Origin: Alphaproteobacteria bacterium | GTDB lineage: Bacteria; Pseudomonadota; Alphaproteobacteria; SHVZ01 | Reading direction: 5' to 3' | Assembly (NCBI GenBank): GCA_009694025.1 | Contig: SHVZ01000008.1 | Location: forward strand, 2,609-66,608 | DNA: 64,000 nucleotides | Part shown: positions 1 through 10,062 of the stretch, one piece after another | Position numbering within the stretch: the first letter of the stretch is position 1 | Layout: every line of letters starts with the position of its first letter | Position numbers and translations under genes: made by a program | The notes under the pieces: generated by a model | What the model was told of the DNA's origin: nothing | The model's database searches: none | Seen by the model: the letters and a program-made list of their open reading frames with translations, nothing else

Positions 1-1194
1 GACGGAGACGCTGGCCGCCTCGCCGATCGCCATCAGGCCGGGACAGACGGCCTCGGAATTCTCCTTGGTCGGGCGCAGCGCCTCGGCGTGGTAGTTGGTC
101 GGCACGCCGCCCATGTTGTAGTGCATGGTCGGCTGCACCGGGATCGGTTCCCGGGTCACGTCGACGCCGGAGAAGACCCGCGCGGTCTCGGAGATGCCCG
201 GCAGCCGCTCGTGCAGTACCTTCGGATCCAGATGCTCAAGATGGAGCATGATGTGGTCCTTGTCGGGGCCGCAGCCGCGCCCTTCGTTGACCTCGACGGT
301 CATCGCCCGGCTGACGACGTCGCGGCTGGCAAGGTCCTTGGCCGAGGGGGCGTAGCGCTCCATGAAGCGCTCGCCCTCCGAGTTGGTGAGATAGCCGCCC
401 TCGCCGCGCGCGCCCTCGGTGATCAGGCAGCCGGCACCGTAGATGCCGGTCGGGTGGAACTGCAGGAACTCCATGTCCTGGAGCGGCAGCCCGGCGCGCA
501 GCACCATGCCGTAGCCGTCGCCGGTGCAGGTATGCGCCTGGGTGGTCGAGAAATAGGCGCGGCCGCCGCCGCCGGTCGCGAGCACGGTCATGTGGGCGCG
601 GAAGCGGTGCAGCGTGCCGTCGTCCAGGTTCCAGGCCATGACGCCGCGGCAGACGCCGTCCTCGTCCATGATCAGGTCGAGGGAGTAGTACTCGACGAAG
701 AACTCGGCACCGTGCTTCAGGCTCTGCTGGTAGAGCGTGTGCAGGATGGCGTGGCCGGTGCGGTCGGCGGCGGCGCAGGCGCGCTTCGCCAGGCCCTTGC
801 CACCCTCCAGCGTGTGGCCGCCGAAGGGCCGCTGGTAGATCTTGCCCTCGGGCGTGCGCGAGAACGGCACGCCGAAATGCTCGAGCTCGATGACGGCGGG
901 GATGGCGTTCCGGCACATGTACTCGATCGCGTCCTGGTCGCCGAGCCAGTCGGAGCCCTTGACCGTGTCGTACATGTGGTAGCGCCAGTTGTCGCCGTCG
1001 CCCATGTTGTCGAGCGCGGCGCCGATGCCCCCCTGGGCCGCGACCGTGTGGCTCCGGGTCGGGAAGACCTTGGTGACGCAGGCGGTCTTGAGTCCGGCGG
1101 CGGTCATCCCGAGCGTGGCACGGAGGCCGGAGCCGCCGGCGCCCACCACCACGACATCGTAGGTATGGTCGACGATCTTGTAAGCCTGAGCCAT
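1..1194 (-). CDS. sdhA: Succinate dehydrogenase flavoprotein subunit SdhA (N-terminal 398 codons; gene runs off left edge)
   Basis: Absent from the ORF track because it has no stop in the window. Minus-strand ATG at 1194 reads [56 protein letters not shown] (GAGGSG FAD fold, RSHT covalent-FAD His motif). The frame stays open to base 1, ending ...[14 protein letters not shown]. It follows sdhC-sdhD. Confidence 0.93.
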   Translation of the reverse strand, partial: MAQAYKIVDHTYDVVVVGAGGSGLRATLGMTAAGLKTACVTKVFPTRSHTVAAQGGIGAALDNMGDGDNWRYHMYDTVKGSDWLGDQDAIEYMCRNAIPAVIELEHFGVPFSRTPEGKIYQRPFGGHTLEGGKGLAKRACAAADRTGHAILHTLYQQSLKHGAEFFVEYYSLDLIMDEDGVCRGVMAWNLDDGTLHRFRAHMTVLATGGGGRAYFSTTQAHTCTGDGYGMVLRAGLPLQDMEFLQFHPTGIYGAGCLITEGARGEGGYLTNSEGERFMERYAPSAKDLASRDVVSRAMTVEVNEGRGCGPDKDHIMLHLEHLDPKVLHERLPGISETARVFSGVDVTREPIPVQPTMHYNMGGVPTNYHAEALRPTKENSEAVCPGLMAIGEAASVSV

Positions 1195-1197
1195 GAC

Positions 1198-1578
1198 CTA
1201 CTCTCCGAAGGAGATCTTGCTGACGGCGAAGACACCGGCGGCGCCCAACGCCACCGTCGCGAGCGTGAGCAGCATGAGCAGCGCCACCTTGAGGCCCTCG
1301 GCGTGGATGTAGTCCTCGATCACCACCTGCAGACCGAGCTTGCCGTGCCAGAGGCCGGCGACGAGGAGCAGGATCATCGGCACCGCGCCGGCGGGCGAGG
1401 CGACCCAGAGATAGGCGGTCTCGAAGTCGGCGCCGGCGAGCGACACCAGCGAGGCGGTGAACCACAGCGTCAGCGGGATCAGGGCGACGGAGGTGACCCG
1501 TTGCATCCACCAGTGCTCGGCGCCGGTCTTGGCGGATCCGAGACCGCGGACGCGGCCGATCGCTGTGCGCATGCCCAT
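1198..1578 (-). CDS. sdhD: Succinate dehydrogenase membrane anchor subunit SdhD
   Basis: The 173-aa track ORF is trimmed to the ATG at 1578. The 126-aa product MGMRTAIGRVRGLGSAKTGAEHWWMQRVTSVALIPLTLWF... has three hydrophobic helices. Its stop lies 3 nt before the sdhA start. Confidence 0.9.
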   Translation of the reverse strand: MGMRTAIGRVRGLGSAKTGAEHWWMQRVTSVALIPLTLWFTASLVSLAGADFETAYLWVASPAGAVPMILLLVAGLWHGKLGLQVVIEDYIHAEGLKVALLMLLTLATVALGAAGVFAVSKISFGE

Positions 1579-1595
1579 GGCGACCTCCCTCCCCT

Positions 1596-1988
1596 CTAGC
1601 GGCCGAGGCCGTAGAGCCCGACGATCCAGGCGAGGATCGTCAAGGCGACGGAGGCGCCGACGACGATCCAGCCGGAGACGTAGACTTGCGGGATCTCGAA
1701 GCCGTAGCCCATGTCCCACACCATGTGCCGGATGCCGTTGGCGAGGTGGTAGAAGAGGCAGAACGACCAGACGAAGAGGCAGAGATAGCCGAACCAGGAA
1801 CCGGCGATCGCCTGGGCCAGCTCGAAGGCGTTGGGGCCGCTCGCGAGAGCCAGGAGCCAGAAGACCAGGGCCACCGCACCGCCAGACAAGATGACGCCGG
1901 TCATTCGGTGCGCGATCGACAACACCGAAGTAAGCTGCGGCTTATATATTTGGAGATGCGGCGACAGTGGCCGCTGCGCGGATGCCAT
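1596..1988 (-). CDS. sdhC: Succinate dehydrogenase cytochrome b556 subunit SdhC
   Basis: 130-aa product MASAQRPLSPHLQIYKPQLTSVLSIAHRMTG... carries the SdhC signature RPLSPHLxIY and three TM helices. It is first in the sdhCDA order. Confidence 0.9.
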   Translation of the reverse strand: MASAQRPLSPHLQIYKPQLTSVLSIAHRMTGVILSGGAVALVFWLLALASGPNAFELAQAIAGSWFGYLCLFVWSFCLFYHLANGIRHMVWDMGYGFEIPQVYVSGWIVVGASVALTILAWIVGLYGLGR

Positions 1989-2045
1989 GGGTTCCCCCGA
2001 GGAATGAGGCGCGCCCCGCGCGCTTGGAAATCCTTGATATTTCTC

Positions 2046-2074
2046 CAGATAGACCGGTTGACGTAGGCCGTCAA
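2046..2074 (-). promoter_or_regulatory. Putative sigma70-type promoter of sdhCDA
   Basis: Read on the minus strand: -35 TTGACG (2074-2069), exactly 17 nt spacer, -10 TATCTG (2051-2046). It sits about 58 nt upstream of the sdhC ATG. The -35 element lies inside an inverted repeat GTTGACG-N5-CGTCAAC (2057-2075). Confidence 0.35.
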
Positions 2075-2242
2075 CGGCCGGGCGACCTGCGGCGGCGGGT
2101 CAGCGGCTGCCGCCCAGCACGCCACCCGGGCTCGCGGGCGCTGCGGACACGCCCAGGCCGATCAGCGCGACGAAGACCGACAACGACTACGTGATACGCG
2201 CACGCAGGGTGCCGCCAAGAAGGCCGATAGCCGTCAGGATGC

Positions 2243-3832
2243 TCAAGACAGATCCGCTACTCCGGGCCGTACGCATCGCCCCTGCCAGCGTTCCCCAAGT
2301 CGCGCCTGGGGACCGGCATCGGCGGCGATCTGCGGCTCGGTAAGCTCCCGGTCGAGGATGTCCATCGTTGCACGGCCGACATACTCGCTGCCTCGATTCA
2401 TCGAATCGACCGCCTCGAGATAGGCGCGCGCGATGATCCGGCCGAGTGGCGGCGGGTTGTAGAGCAGCCGCTTGAGGAGGAAGGGGTTGAAGGTGAGCGG
2501 ATTGTAGTCCGCCGCTAGGTAGCCCATGTCGATTAGAACCCGTTCGACCGGCGTGCCCGGTTGCACGCCGATGAAAAACAGGAAGGGCAGGACGTTGTCC
2601 CGGCCAAACAGGGCGTAAAGCTCGGCGATCCTGTCGATGGTCATGCGCAACGTCGACACGGTTTCGCCGGGCGCGTTGAGCGGCATATACAGCTTGATCT
2701 TCTGATCGCTGTGGCCGTTCTCCTTCAACATGCGGAAGGCGGCCATCTGCTGTTCTAGCTTATACCCCAGGGTCAGCGCGTCGATCATCTCCTGCGATCC
2801 GGTGAAGGACAGATCGACGCTCCCCATCCCCGACGCCCACATCTTTCGCGCCAGCTCGGGTGTCAGGTGGTTGAGCCGAAGATAGCCCGACCATGTGACC
2901 TGGGTGTTTCTTGCCCGCATCTCGTCGAGGATGCGCTCGACATGGTCGGTGCTCTTTTGCGTCGAGCAGAACTGCGCGTCGGTGAACCAGATCCGTCGCA
3001 CGTCGTACTGCTTGTTCAAAATCTCAACTTCCTTGGCGACTTCCGCGGGCTCGCGGTAGCGTTGGCGGTGTCCTTCGATCTGGTTGTAGAGGCAGAAGTG
3101 GCATTGGAACGGGCACCCCCGCTTGGTGTGGACGCCGATGTCGCCGTCGAGATAGAGCCGGAATGCCGGGAAAATGGAATCGACATAGGCGAAGTCGACG
3201 GCCGTCAGGCGGCGCAGATCGAAGCTCCCTGCGCTCGGGTGGTGGCTGACAGTGCCGGCATTGTCCTTGTAGAAGAACTCGCCGGCCGGTGCCGAGAACC
3301 CGTCGACGATCGACAGCATGGCCTCCTCGCCCTCGCCGACGACGACCACGGTGTCTTTGGGGCAATGCTCGACGACTTGGCGGGCGAAGATCGAAACCGC
3401 GGTCCCGCCGACCACGATGCGTGTCGTCGGCAACAATTTTCGGACGATCTTGAAGTAGCCAAAGTTCCCGAGTCTGCTCGACACGTAGTCGGAGATGATC
3501 GACACGGCGTCTCTCGCCGCCCCGAGGCGGCGGCGCCAGCTCGGTGAGTGGTCGAAGTTGAGAACCACGTCGAGGGCGTCGTCCTCCGGGTGCGGCCCGA
3601 AGGACTGCATGTTGCGCCACGAGAACGCCACGATGTCCGGCCGCAGCGTGCGCAGGCGCTCGGTGAGCGCGCGCTTGCGCTCGCCGGGATCGACCACCGC
3701 CAGGTCGAGGATGTGCTGGTCGACCGCAGGCCGTTGCTTGTGAACGAAGTCGGCGACGTACACCACCCCGCCTGGATAGATCTTCCAGCAAGGCAGGCGA
3801 ACATAGAGGACCCTTCGACAGGCAGTCGCCAT
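2243..3832 (-). CDS. B12-binding domain / radical SAM protein (class B rSAM, specific function unknown)
   Basis: The radical SAM cluster motif CPFQCHFC (CxxxCxxC) lies mid-protein after an N-terminal Rossmann-like B12-binding region (...RPDIVAFSW...TRIVVGGTAVS...VVVVGEGEE). I prefer the ATG at 3832 (MATACRRVLYVRLP, preceded by GGAAGAGCGGAAG). An alternative in-frame ATG at 3898 would add 22 aa. Confidence 0.8.
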   Translation of the reverse strand: MATACRRVLYVRLPCWKIYPGGVVYVADFVHKQRPAVDQHILDLAVVDPGERKRALTERLRTLRPDIVAFSWRNMQSFGPHPEDDALDVVLNFDHSPSWRRRLGAARDAVSIISDYVSSRLGNFGYFKIVRKLLPTTRIVVGGTAVSIFARQVVEHCPKDTVVVVGEGEEAMLSIVDGFSAPAGEFFYKDNAGTVSHHPSAGSFDLRRLTAVDFAYVDSIFPAFRLYLDGDIGVHTKRGCPFQCHFCLYNQIEGHRQRYREPAEVAKEVEILNKQYDVRRIWFTDAQFCSTQKSTDHVERILDEMRARNTQVTWSGYLRLNHLTPELARKMWASGMGSVDLSFTGSQEMIDALTLGYKLEQQMAAFRMLKENGHSDQKIKLYMPLNAPGETVSTLRMTIDRIAELYALFGRDNVLPFLFFIGVQPGTPVERVLIDMGYLAADYNPLTFNPFLLKRLLYNPPPLGRIIARAYLEAVDSMNRGSEYVGRATMDILDRELTEPQIAADAGPQARLGERWQGRCVRPGVADLS

Positions 3833-3975
3833 GGGCTTCCGCTCTTCCGCAATTTGACGACCCACACCGTCTTCGCCGCCGCCACAGCGAGAGGTCATTG
3901 CCTAGCCTGCACTCCCGGGATGGCCACGGTTCTGCCCGTCAGAGTAGCCATTTAGCCTCTCTGGGCCAATCTGCA

Positions 3976-5106
3976 TCAAGGCAAAGGCCGTCTCGGGACT
4001 TTCGCCGCCACCCTGCCCGCCGCCCAGGCGGCGAGCGCCGCCGGGAGCATCTCGCCGATCACGGCCGCGGCGACCTTCTCGCCGACGATCGCGCCGAACT
4101 TGAAGCCGTGGCCGCTGAACCCGGTCAGCACGACCGTGCGATCGACGGTCGCGGCGAGGAAGCGTTCATCGGCGGTCACGTCGTAGAAGCAGGTCTTGGT
4201 CTCGAGCACACGGAACCGCCGGAGGTCGCGGACCCGGCCGCGGGCGATGGCGAGAACGGTCTCGGTGTCGGCCGCGGTCGCCACCCGCTCGCGATCGGGA
4301 TCGCCGGCGAGCGAGAACGTGTGGCCGGCGATCTTGAGGCGCATGCCCGACGCCGGCGGCACCGCGTAGAAGCTGGCGTCCGGCGAGAGATCGGCGAGGA
4401 CCGGCATCGCCTGCCAGGCGGCCGCGAGATCCGGCGGCGGTTCCAGATAGGTCACGAGCTGGCGGGACGGGGTGACCCCCGCCGCGAGCGCCGGGACCAG
4501 CCCTGGAGACCATGGCCCCGCCGCCAGGACCAGCCGATCGCCGGCAACCCGGGTGCCGTCGGCGAGGATCACCGCGGCATGCGCCGGCTCGACCGCGACC
4601 ACCCGGGTCCGCGTGCGAATGGCGGTGCCCTTCGCGGCAAGCCAGCGGCCGAGGGCGGCGACGATCTCGCCGGCCCGGAGCGGCCCGGAGGACGGGACGT
4701 GGACCGCCTGCCCGATCCCCTCCGGCAAGATCACCGGGAAGCGGCGGACCGCCTCGTCCGGCTCGATCCGTTCGACGGCGATCTCCGCCGCTGCCAGCCC
4801 CTCGACCGAAGCGGCAAGCCAGGGATCGCCCGATCGCGAGACGTAGAGAACACCGGTCTCGACGTAGAGTGACCGGCCGAGATCGGCCCAGAGGCGCGAC
4901 CATGACTGATAGGCTTCCGTCACCATCGCCTGGTAGCCCAGCTCCGGCCCGTAGGCCCGGCGCAGCACCCGATGGTCGTCGACGCTGGAGGCGAGCGGGT
5001 TCGGGAACGGCCCCTGCTCCAGCACGTCGACCTCGTGGCCCCGACGCTTGAGCGCCCAGGCGGTCGAGAGACCCATGATGCCGGCCCCGACGACGACGAC
5101 CTTCAT
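3976..5106 (-). CDS. FAD-dependent oxidoreductase, DAO / sarcosine-oxidase-like family
   Basis: N-terminus MKVVVVGAGIMGLSTAWALKRRGHEVDVLE is a classic GxGxxG-E dinucleotide fold. The 376-aa length and C-terminal GFSGHGFKFG motif are typical of monomeric sarcosine/opine-type amine oxidases. Confidence 0.8.
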   Translation of the reverse strand: MKVVVVGAGIMGLSTAWALKRRGHEVDVLEQGPFPNPLASSVDDHRVLRRAYGPELGYQAMVTEAYQSWSRLWADLGRSLYVETGVLYVSRSGDPWLAASVEGLAAAEIAVERIEPDEAVRRFPVILPEGIGQAVHVPSSGPLRAGEIVAALGRWLAAKGTAIRTRTRVVAVEPAHAAVILADGTRVAGDRLVLAAGPWSPGLVPALAAGVTPSRQLVTYLEPPPDLAAAWQAMPVLADLSPDASFYAVPPASGMRLKIAGHTFSLAGDPDRERVATAADTETVLAIARGRVRDLRRFRVLETKTCFYDVTADERFLAATVDRTVVLTGFSGHGFKFGAIVGEKVAAAVIGEMLPAALAAWAAGRVAAKVPRRPLP

Positions 5107-5118
5107 CGGCGGTACGCC

Positions 5119-5860
<742 letters not shown>

Positions 5861-5871
<11 letters not shown>

Positions 5872-6511
5872 ACTTGAACTTTCTCTCGAGCGAAGCGCCG
5901 ACGAGCGAGATCGAGTAGTTGATGACGAAGTACATGACCGCGATGATCAGCAGCACCTCGAAGCTGATGCCGGTGGTCTCGCGGATCAGCAGCCCCGACT
6001 TCGTCAGCTCGACATAACCGATGATCGAGGCGAGCGAGGAATCCTTGAGCGTCGAGATGTAGACGCCGATCGACGGCGGCAGCATGACCCGGATCGCCTG
6101 CGGCCAGACGACGTAGCGGAACACCTGGTCGTAGCGCATGCCGGAGGAGTAGGCGGCCTGCCACTGCCCGTGGGTCACGCTTTCGATGCCGGCGCGGACG
6201 ACCTCGCTCATCAGCGCGCTCGCCGTCGCCGTCAGCGCCACCGTCGCCGCGGCGAAAGGCGAGAGATCGAGCTGGAGCGCGTAGGACAGGCCGTAGAAGC
6301 AACCGAAGAACAGCACCAGCGGCGGGATCGAGCGGAAGACCTCGGTGTAGGCCACCGCCAGCCATCTGAGCGCCACCCACTTGGAGATGCGCATCATCCC
6401 GACGATGACGCCGACCAGGCCTCCGAGGAGCAGCGCCAGCCAGCTGATCCACAACGTGACTGCCGCGCCGGTGAGGAAAACATACCAGAAGGCGCCGACG
6501 GTCGGGCTCAT
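5861..6511 (-). CDS. Polar amino-acid ABC transporter permease
   Basis: The real part of the 461-aa track ORF starts at the ATG at 6511 (MSPTVGAFWYVFLTGAAV...). It is a HisM/GlnP-type permease with the EAA-like loop ...MSEVVRAGIESVTHGQWQAAYSSGM. An ATGA overlap joins it to the upstream permease. Confidence 0.88.
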
Positions 6512-7185
6512 CGCCGGGCTCCGACCGGAGCCTTCGAGAGCAGCCAATTCCCGGTGGCGATCCGGCCGATATTGATGGTCTGCGCCAGCACCACGTAGAT
6601 GACGCCGACGGCAAGGAACGATTCCATATAGCGGAAGGTTTCGTCGCCGGCGCGTCGCATCCAGGTCGTCACCTCCTCGACGCCGATGACCGAGGCCAAC
6701 GAGGAGCCGATGACGATGCCGATGATCAGGTTGCCGAGCGGCGCGTAGATGATGCGGAAAACCTGGGGAAAGACGACGTAGCGATAGAGCTGCGGCCCGG
6801 TCATGCCTTGCGAGCGCGCCGCTTCGTACTGCCCGTTGGGGATGGCGAGGAGGCCGCCACGAAATATCTCGGTCATGTAGGCGCCGGCATTCAGCGTGAG
6901 CGCGATCAGAGCCGAGTTGAAGCCGTCGACCCTCAAGCCCACCTGGGCCAGCCCGAAGAAGATCAGATAGATGACGACGAGCAGCGGGATATTGCGGAGC
7001 ACCTCGACATAGGCCGCACCGAGGAAGCGCGGGATCAGGTTGGTGCTCGTCCGGCAAAGAGCGCCGAAGACGCCGACGGCGACCGACATGACGATGGCCA
7101 GCAGGCTGAGCCACAGGGTCAGCAGGATCGCCCGAGGCAGCGGATCGATATAGGGCAGCAGGCCGGCGAGGTTGAACTCGTACAT
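6508..7185 (-). CDS. Polar amino-acid ABC transporter permease
   Basis: 225 aa, MYEFNLAGLLPYIDPLPRAILLTLWLS..., with loop MTEIFRGGLLAIPNGQYEAARSQGM typical of the HisQ/GlnP family. Confidence 0.88.
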   Translation of the reverse strand: MYEFNLAGLLPYIDPLPRAILLTLWLSLLAIVMSVAVGVFGALCRTSTNLIPRFLGAAYVEVLRNIPLLVVIYLIFFGLAQVGLRVDGFNSALIALTLNAGAYMTEIFRGGLLAIPNGQYEAARSQGMTGPQLYRYVVFPQVFRIIYAPLGNLIIGIVIGSSLASVIGVEEVTTWMRRAGDETFRYMESFLAVGVIYVVLAQTINIGRIATGNWLLSKAPVGARR

Positions 7186-7273
7186 CGTCCGGAGCGCGCC
7201 CGCAGGTCGGATGGATGGGGAGGCCGGCGGTGCCGCCGCGACGCAAGGACGGTCGCGGCGGCGCCGGTTCGGA

Positions 7274-8098
7274 TCAGTACTTCTGCTGGATCGGCGGCAG
7301 ATCGTAGCCGAAATGCTTCTTGAACAGGCGCGCGTTGTCGCCCGAGGCGTTGAAGTTCTTCACGAAGATGTTGAGCACCCGCCACCAGTCGAAATCGCCG
7401 GCAGGAAGGCCGATCGAGATCTCCTCGTAGCTCCAGTTGCCCGCCAGATTGCGGTACTTGTCGCCGTCCTTGGCGACATAGGAGGCGTTCTGCAGACTGT
7501 CCTGGAGGTGTGAATCGACCTGGCCCGACTGCATCGCCAGATAGGCGTCGCCGACCGTGTCGAACCGGACCTTCTGGGCCCTCGGCGCCGTGGTCGCGCT
7601 GATGCCCTCGGCGGTGCCGCCGCGGGCGAAGCCGATCTTGTACTTGGGATCGTTCAACTGCTCGACGCTCTGGATCGGCGAGTCCTTCTTGACCATGTAG
7701 ATGCTGCCGACAACGACGTAGGGGTCGGTGAAGGCGATCACCTTGGAGCGCTCGACGTTCGCGGTGAAGTTGGCGAAGGTCACGTCCGCCCGCCGGGTCT
7801 GCAGCGCGGTGATGCGGCCGGGGACGTCGACGACGATGAACTCGGCCTTCAACTTGAGCTGCTCGGCCAGCATGTTGGCGACGTCGATGTCGTAGCCGAC
7901 CGGCTTGCCGTCGGTGCCGAGGCTGCTGTAGGGCGGGTTGCCGCCGATCGTGGCGATGCGGAGCACGCCCCGCTTCAGCACGTCGCTGAGGATGCCGCCC
8001 TGCGGCTGCTGGGCTTCCGCCACCGGCGAAAATGCGAACGATGCCGAAAGAACGCCGAAGGCAAGGGCGCCAAACACCCTTCTACGCACCATGTTCAT
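7274..8098 (-). CDS. Periplasmic amino-acid-binding protein (SBP family 3)
   Basis: Signal peptide MNMVRRRVFGALAFGVLSASFAFSPVAEA followed by an SBP_bac_3-like body (GYDIDVANMLAEQL...). The start at 8098 is chosen because GGAGA lies 6 nt upstream; the track ORF begins 5 codons earlier. Confidence 0.85.
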   Translation of the reverse strand: MNMVRRRVFGALAFGVLSASFAFSPVAEAQQPQGGILSDVLKRGVLRIATIGGNPPYSSLGTDGKPVGYDIDVANMLAEQLKLKAEFIVVDVPGRITALQTRRADVTFANFTANVERSKVIAFTDPYVVVGSIYMVKKDSPIQSVEQLNDPKYKIGFARGGTAEGISATTAPRAQKVRFDTVGDAYLAMQSGQVDSHLQDSLQNASYVAKDGDKYRNLAGNWSYEEISIGLPAGDFDWWRVLNIFVKNFNASGDNARLFKKHFGYDLPPIQQKY

Positions 8099-8257
8099 GA
8101 TCGGTCTCCCCAAGGTTTCCTACCCACGATTCTGCAGACCCCGTGCGACGGGAGATTTCGGCGTGTCCGCCGTCTCCCGCTGCAATTGAATTTGGTATCG
8201 CGAAAAATAGATCACCCGGCCAATGCCAAGTCAAGCAACCGGCGGGCAGGCTGAAAC

Positions 8258-8279
8258 GGCGGACGGTCAGTCGTCCGCC
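8258..8279 (-). terminator. Possible hairpin terminator at the pheA stop codon
   Basis: Minus-strand GGCGGACG-ACUGAC-CGUCCGCC: an 8-bp GC stem with the pheA TGA in the loop, followed by GUUUCAGCC. The U tract is weak. Confidence 0.3.
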
Positions 8280-9127
8280 GGCTCCGAGGTCTCCTGACGG
8301 AACCGGTGGGCCGGATAGACTCCGAGGATCTTGAAGGTGCCCTTGCGGCTGAAGAAGGCCAGCTCCTCGAGGGCCAGCTTCATCGGACGCTGGTCGGGAT
8401 GGCCCTCGGCTTCGACGTAGAACTGGGCCGCCTCGAAGAAGCCGCCGACCATGTAGCTCTCGAGCTTGGTCAGATTGATGCCGTTGGTGGCGAAGCCGCC
8501 GAGCGACTTGTAGAGGGAGGCCGGCACGCTCCGCACGCGGTAGAGGAACGAGGTGATGAACCGCCTTCCGTCGTCTTTCGGCCAGCCCGCCTCGCGCGCC
8601 ATGATCAGGAAGCGCGTGGTGTTGTGCTCTTCGTCCTCGATGTTCTTCGCGAGCGAGGCCAGACCGTAGATCTCGCCCGAAAGCGAAGAAGAGATCGCGG
8701 CGACCGTCGGGTCACCCTTCTCCGCCACCTCTTTCGCAGCGGTCGCCGAATCGCTGCTGGCAATCGGCGTGTAGCCCATCTTCCGAAGATAGCGACGGCA
8801 CTGGCCGAGCGGCTGGATGTGGCTCTTGACCGTCCGGATGGTCTCGAGCGTCGCTCCCTTCGGCGCCAGAAGGTGGTGCTCGATCCGTTGGAAGTGCTCG
8901 CCGACGATATGCAGATCCGATTCCGGCAGCAGATGGTGAACGTCGGCGATGCGCCCGGCGAGCGAGTTGTCGACGGGGATCATCGCCAAGCCGGCGCGGC
9001 CGTCCGACGCGGCGGCGAAGACCTCCGGGAAGCTGACGCAGCCGATCGTCTCGTTGCCGGGGAAAGCCGTCCGGCAGGCGAGGTCGGAGTACGAGCCGGG
9101 CTGGCCCAGGAAGGCGATGCGGGTCAT
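8267..9127 (-). CDS. pheA: Prephenate dehydratase
   Basis: MTRIAFLGQPGSYSDLA..., NTTRFLIMAR, and a C-terminal ACT-like region with the ESRP-type segment (TSFLYRVRSVPASLYKSLGGFATNGINLTKLESY). 286 aa. Confidence 0.9.
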   Translation of the reverse strand: MTRIAFLGQPGSYSDLACRTAFPGNETIGCVSFPEVFAAASDGRAGLAMIPVDNSLAGRIADVHHLLPESDLHIVGEHFQRIEHHLLAPKGATLETIRTVKSHIQPLGQCRRYLRKMGYTPIASSDSATAAKEVAEKGDPTVAAISSSLSGEIYGLASLAKNIEDEEHNTTRFLIMAREAGWPKDDGRRFITSFLYRVRSVPASLYKSLGGFATNGINLTKLESYMVGGFFEAAQFYVEAEGHPDQRPMKLALEELAFFSRKGTFKILGVYPAHRFRQETSEPADD

Positions 9128-9145
9128 GGCTGGAATTTGAGGAGG

Positions 9146-9895
9146 CTACCGCCGCGGCATCAGCAGGAGCCGCGCGCGTTCGAGGTCGCCGGGAGTATCG
9201 ACACCGAGCGGAACGGTGTCAACGAGCGCCACGTCGATGCGCATGCCGTTCTCGATCGCGCGGAGCTGTTCAAGGCGCTCGCGCTTCTCGAGCAACCCCT
9301 GCGGCAGCGAGATGAAGCGCCTGAGCGCCTCGCGCCGGTAGGCGTAGAGGCCGATGTGGTGATAGATCGCGCCCTCGCCCGAGGGGACGGTCGCACGGCT
9401 GAAGTAGTGGGCGCGGGCGATCGTGCTGCCCGGTGCGAAGGCGACCACCGGCTTGACCACCGCCGGGTCGGTCTTCTCGTGGTCGGAGCCGACCACGGCG
9501 CAGACCGTGCCGATGTCGACCTCCGGATCGGCCAGCGCCTCGAAGGCTGCCCGCACCGTCCGCGGGTCGACGGTCGGAAGGTCGCCCTGGACGTTGACCA
9601 CGGCGTCGTGCCGGCCGGCGGGGTCGAGGCGCTCGAGCGCCTCGAAGATCCGGTCGGAGCCGGTCGGGTGGCCGGGCCGGGTCAGGATCGCGTTGCCGCC
9701 GGCCCGCTCGATGGCGCGGGCGATCTCCGGCTCGCCGCAGGCGACGGCAACCGGGCCGATCGCCGCCTCCACCGCGCGGCGCCAGACATGGACGATCATC
9801 GGCTCGCCGTGGATGTCGGCGAGCGGCTTGTTGGGAAGCCGGGTGGACGCCATCCGGGCCGGGATCAAGACGATCGGCGCCTTGGGCAGGGCCAT
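9146..9895 (-). CDS. kdsB: 3-deoxy-manno-octulosonate cytidylyltransferase (CMP-KDO synthetase)
   Basis: The track ORF is trimmed to the ATG at 9895: MALPKAPIVLIPARMASTRLPNKPLADIHGEPMI..., VNVQGDLP, HIGLYAYRREAL. It lies 18 nt upstream of pheA on the same strand. Confidence 0.9.
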   Translation of the reverse strand: MALPKAPIVLIPARMASTRLPNKPLADIHGEPMIVHVWRRAVEAAIGPVAVACGEPEIARAIERAGGNAILTRPGHPTGSDRIFEALERLDPAGRHDAVVNVQGDLPTVDPRTVRAAFEALADPEVDIGTVCAVVGSDHEKTDPAVVKPVVAFAPGSTIARAHYFSRATVPSGEGAIYHHIGLYAYRREALRRFISLPQGLLEKRERLEQLRAIENGMRIDVALVDTVPLGVDTPGDLERARLLLMPRR

Positions 9896-10062
9896 CCGAA
9901 ATCCCTCTTTGTTTTCCGCCGGATGCGGCAATATGCCGCTGGCGGGCCGGACCTCGGGCCCGGCATTGTCGGAGCCCTCCGGCCAGGGCGTTATAGCGAT
10001 GGCGCTTTCGGCCGCGAAGAGGCATTTTCCCGTCGTCAGCGCGCCCAGCCAGAGGATTCGAG

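Noticed and set aside
88-1599. 503-aa plus-strand ORF and the 424-aa minus-strand ORF (236-1510) over the sdh region
   Set aside because: The true genes here are sdhA (minus, a different frame, missing from the track because it has no stop in the window) and sdhD. Both listed ORFs give Arg/Gly/His-rich nonsense.
2057-2075. Inverted repeat GTTGACG-N5-CGTCAAC upstream of sdhC, considered as an FNR/FixK box
   Set aside because: The FNR/FixK consensus is TTGA-N6-TCAA, whereas here the TTGA/TCAA halves are 9 nt apart. The element is better explained as containing the -35 hexamer of the sdhC promoter. It is kept only as part of that promoter call.
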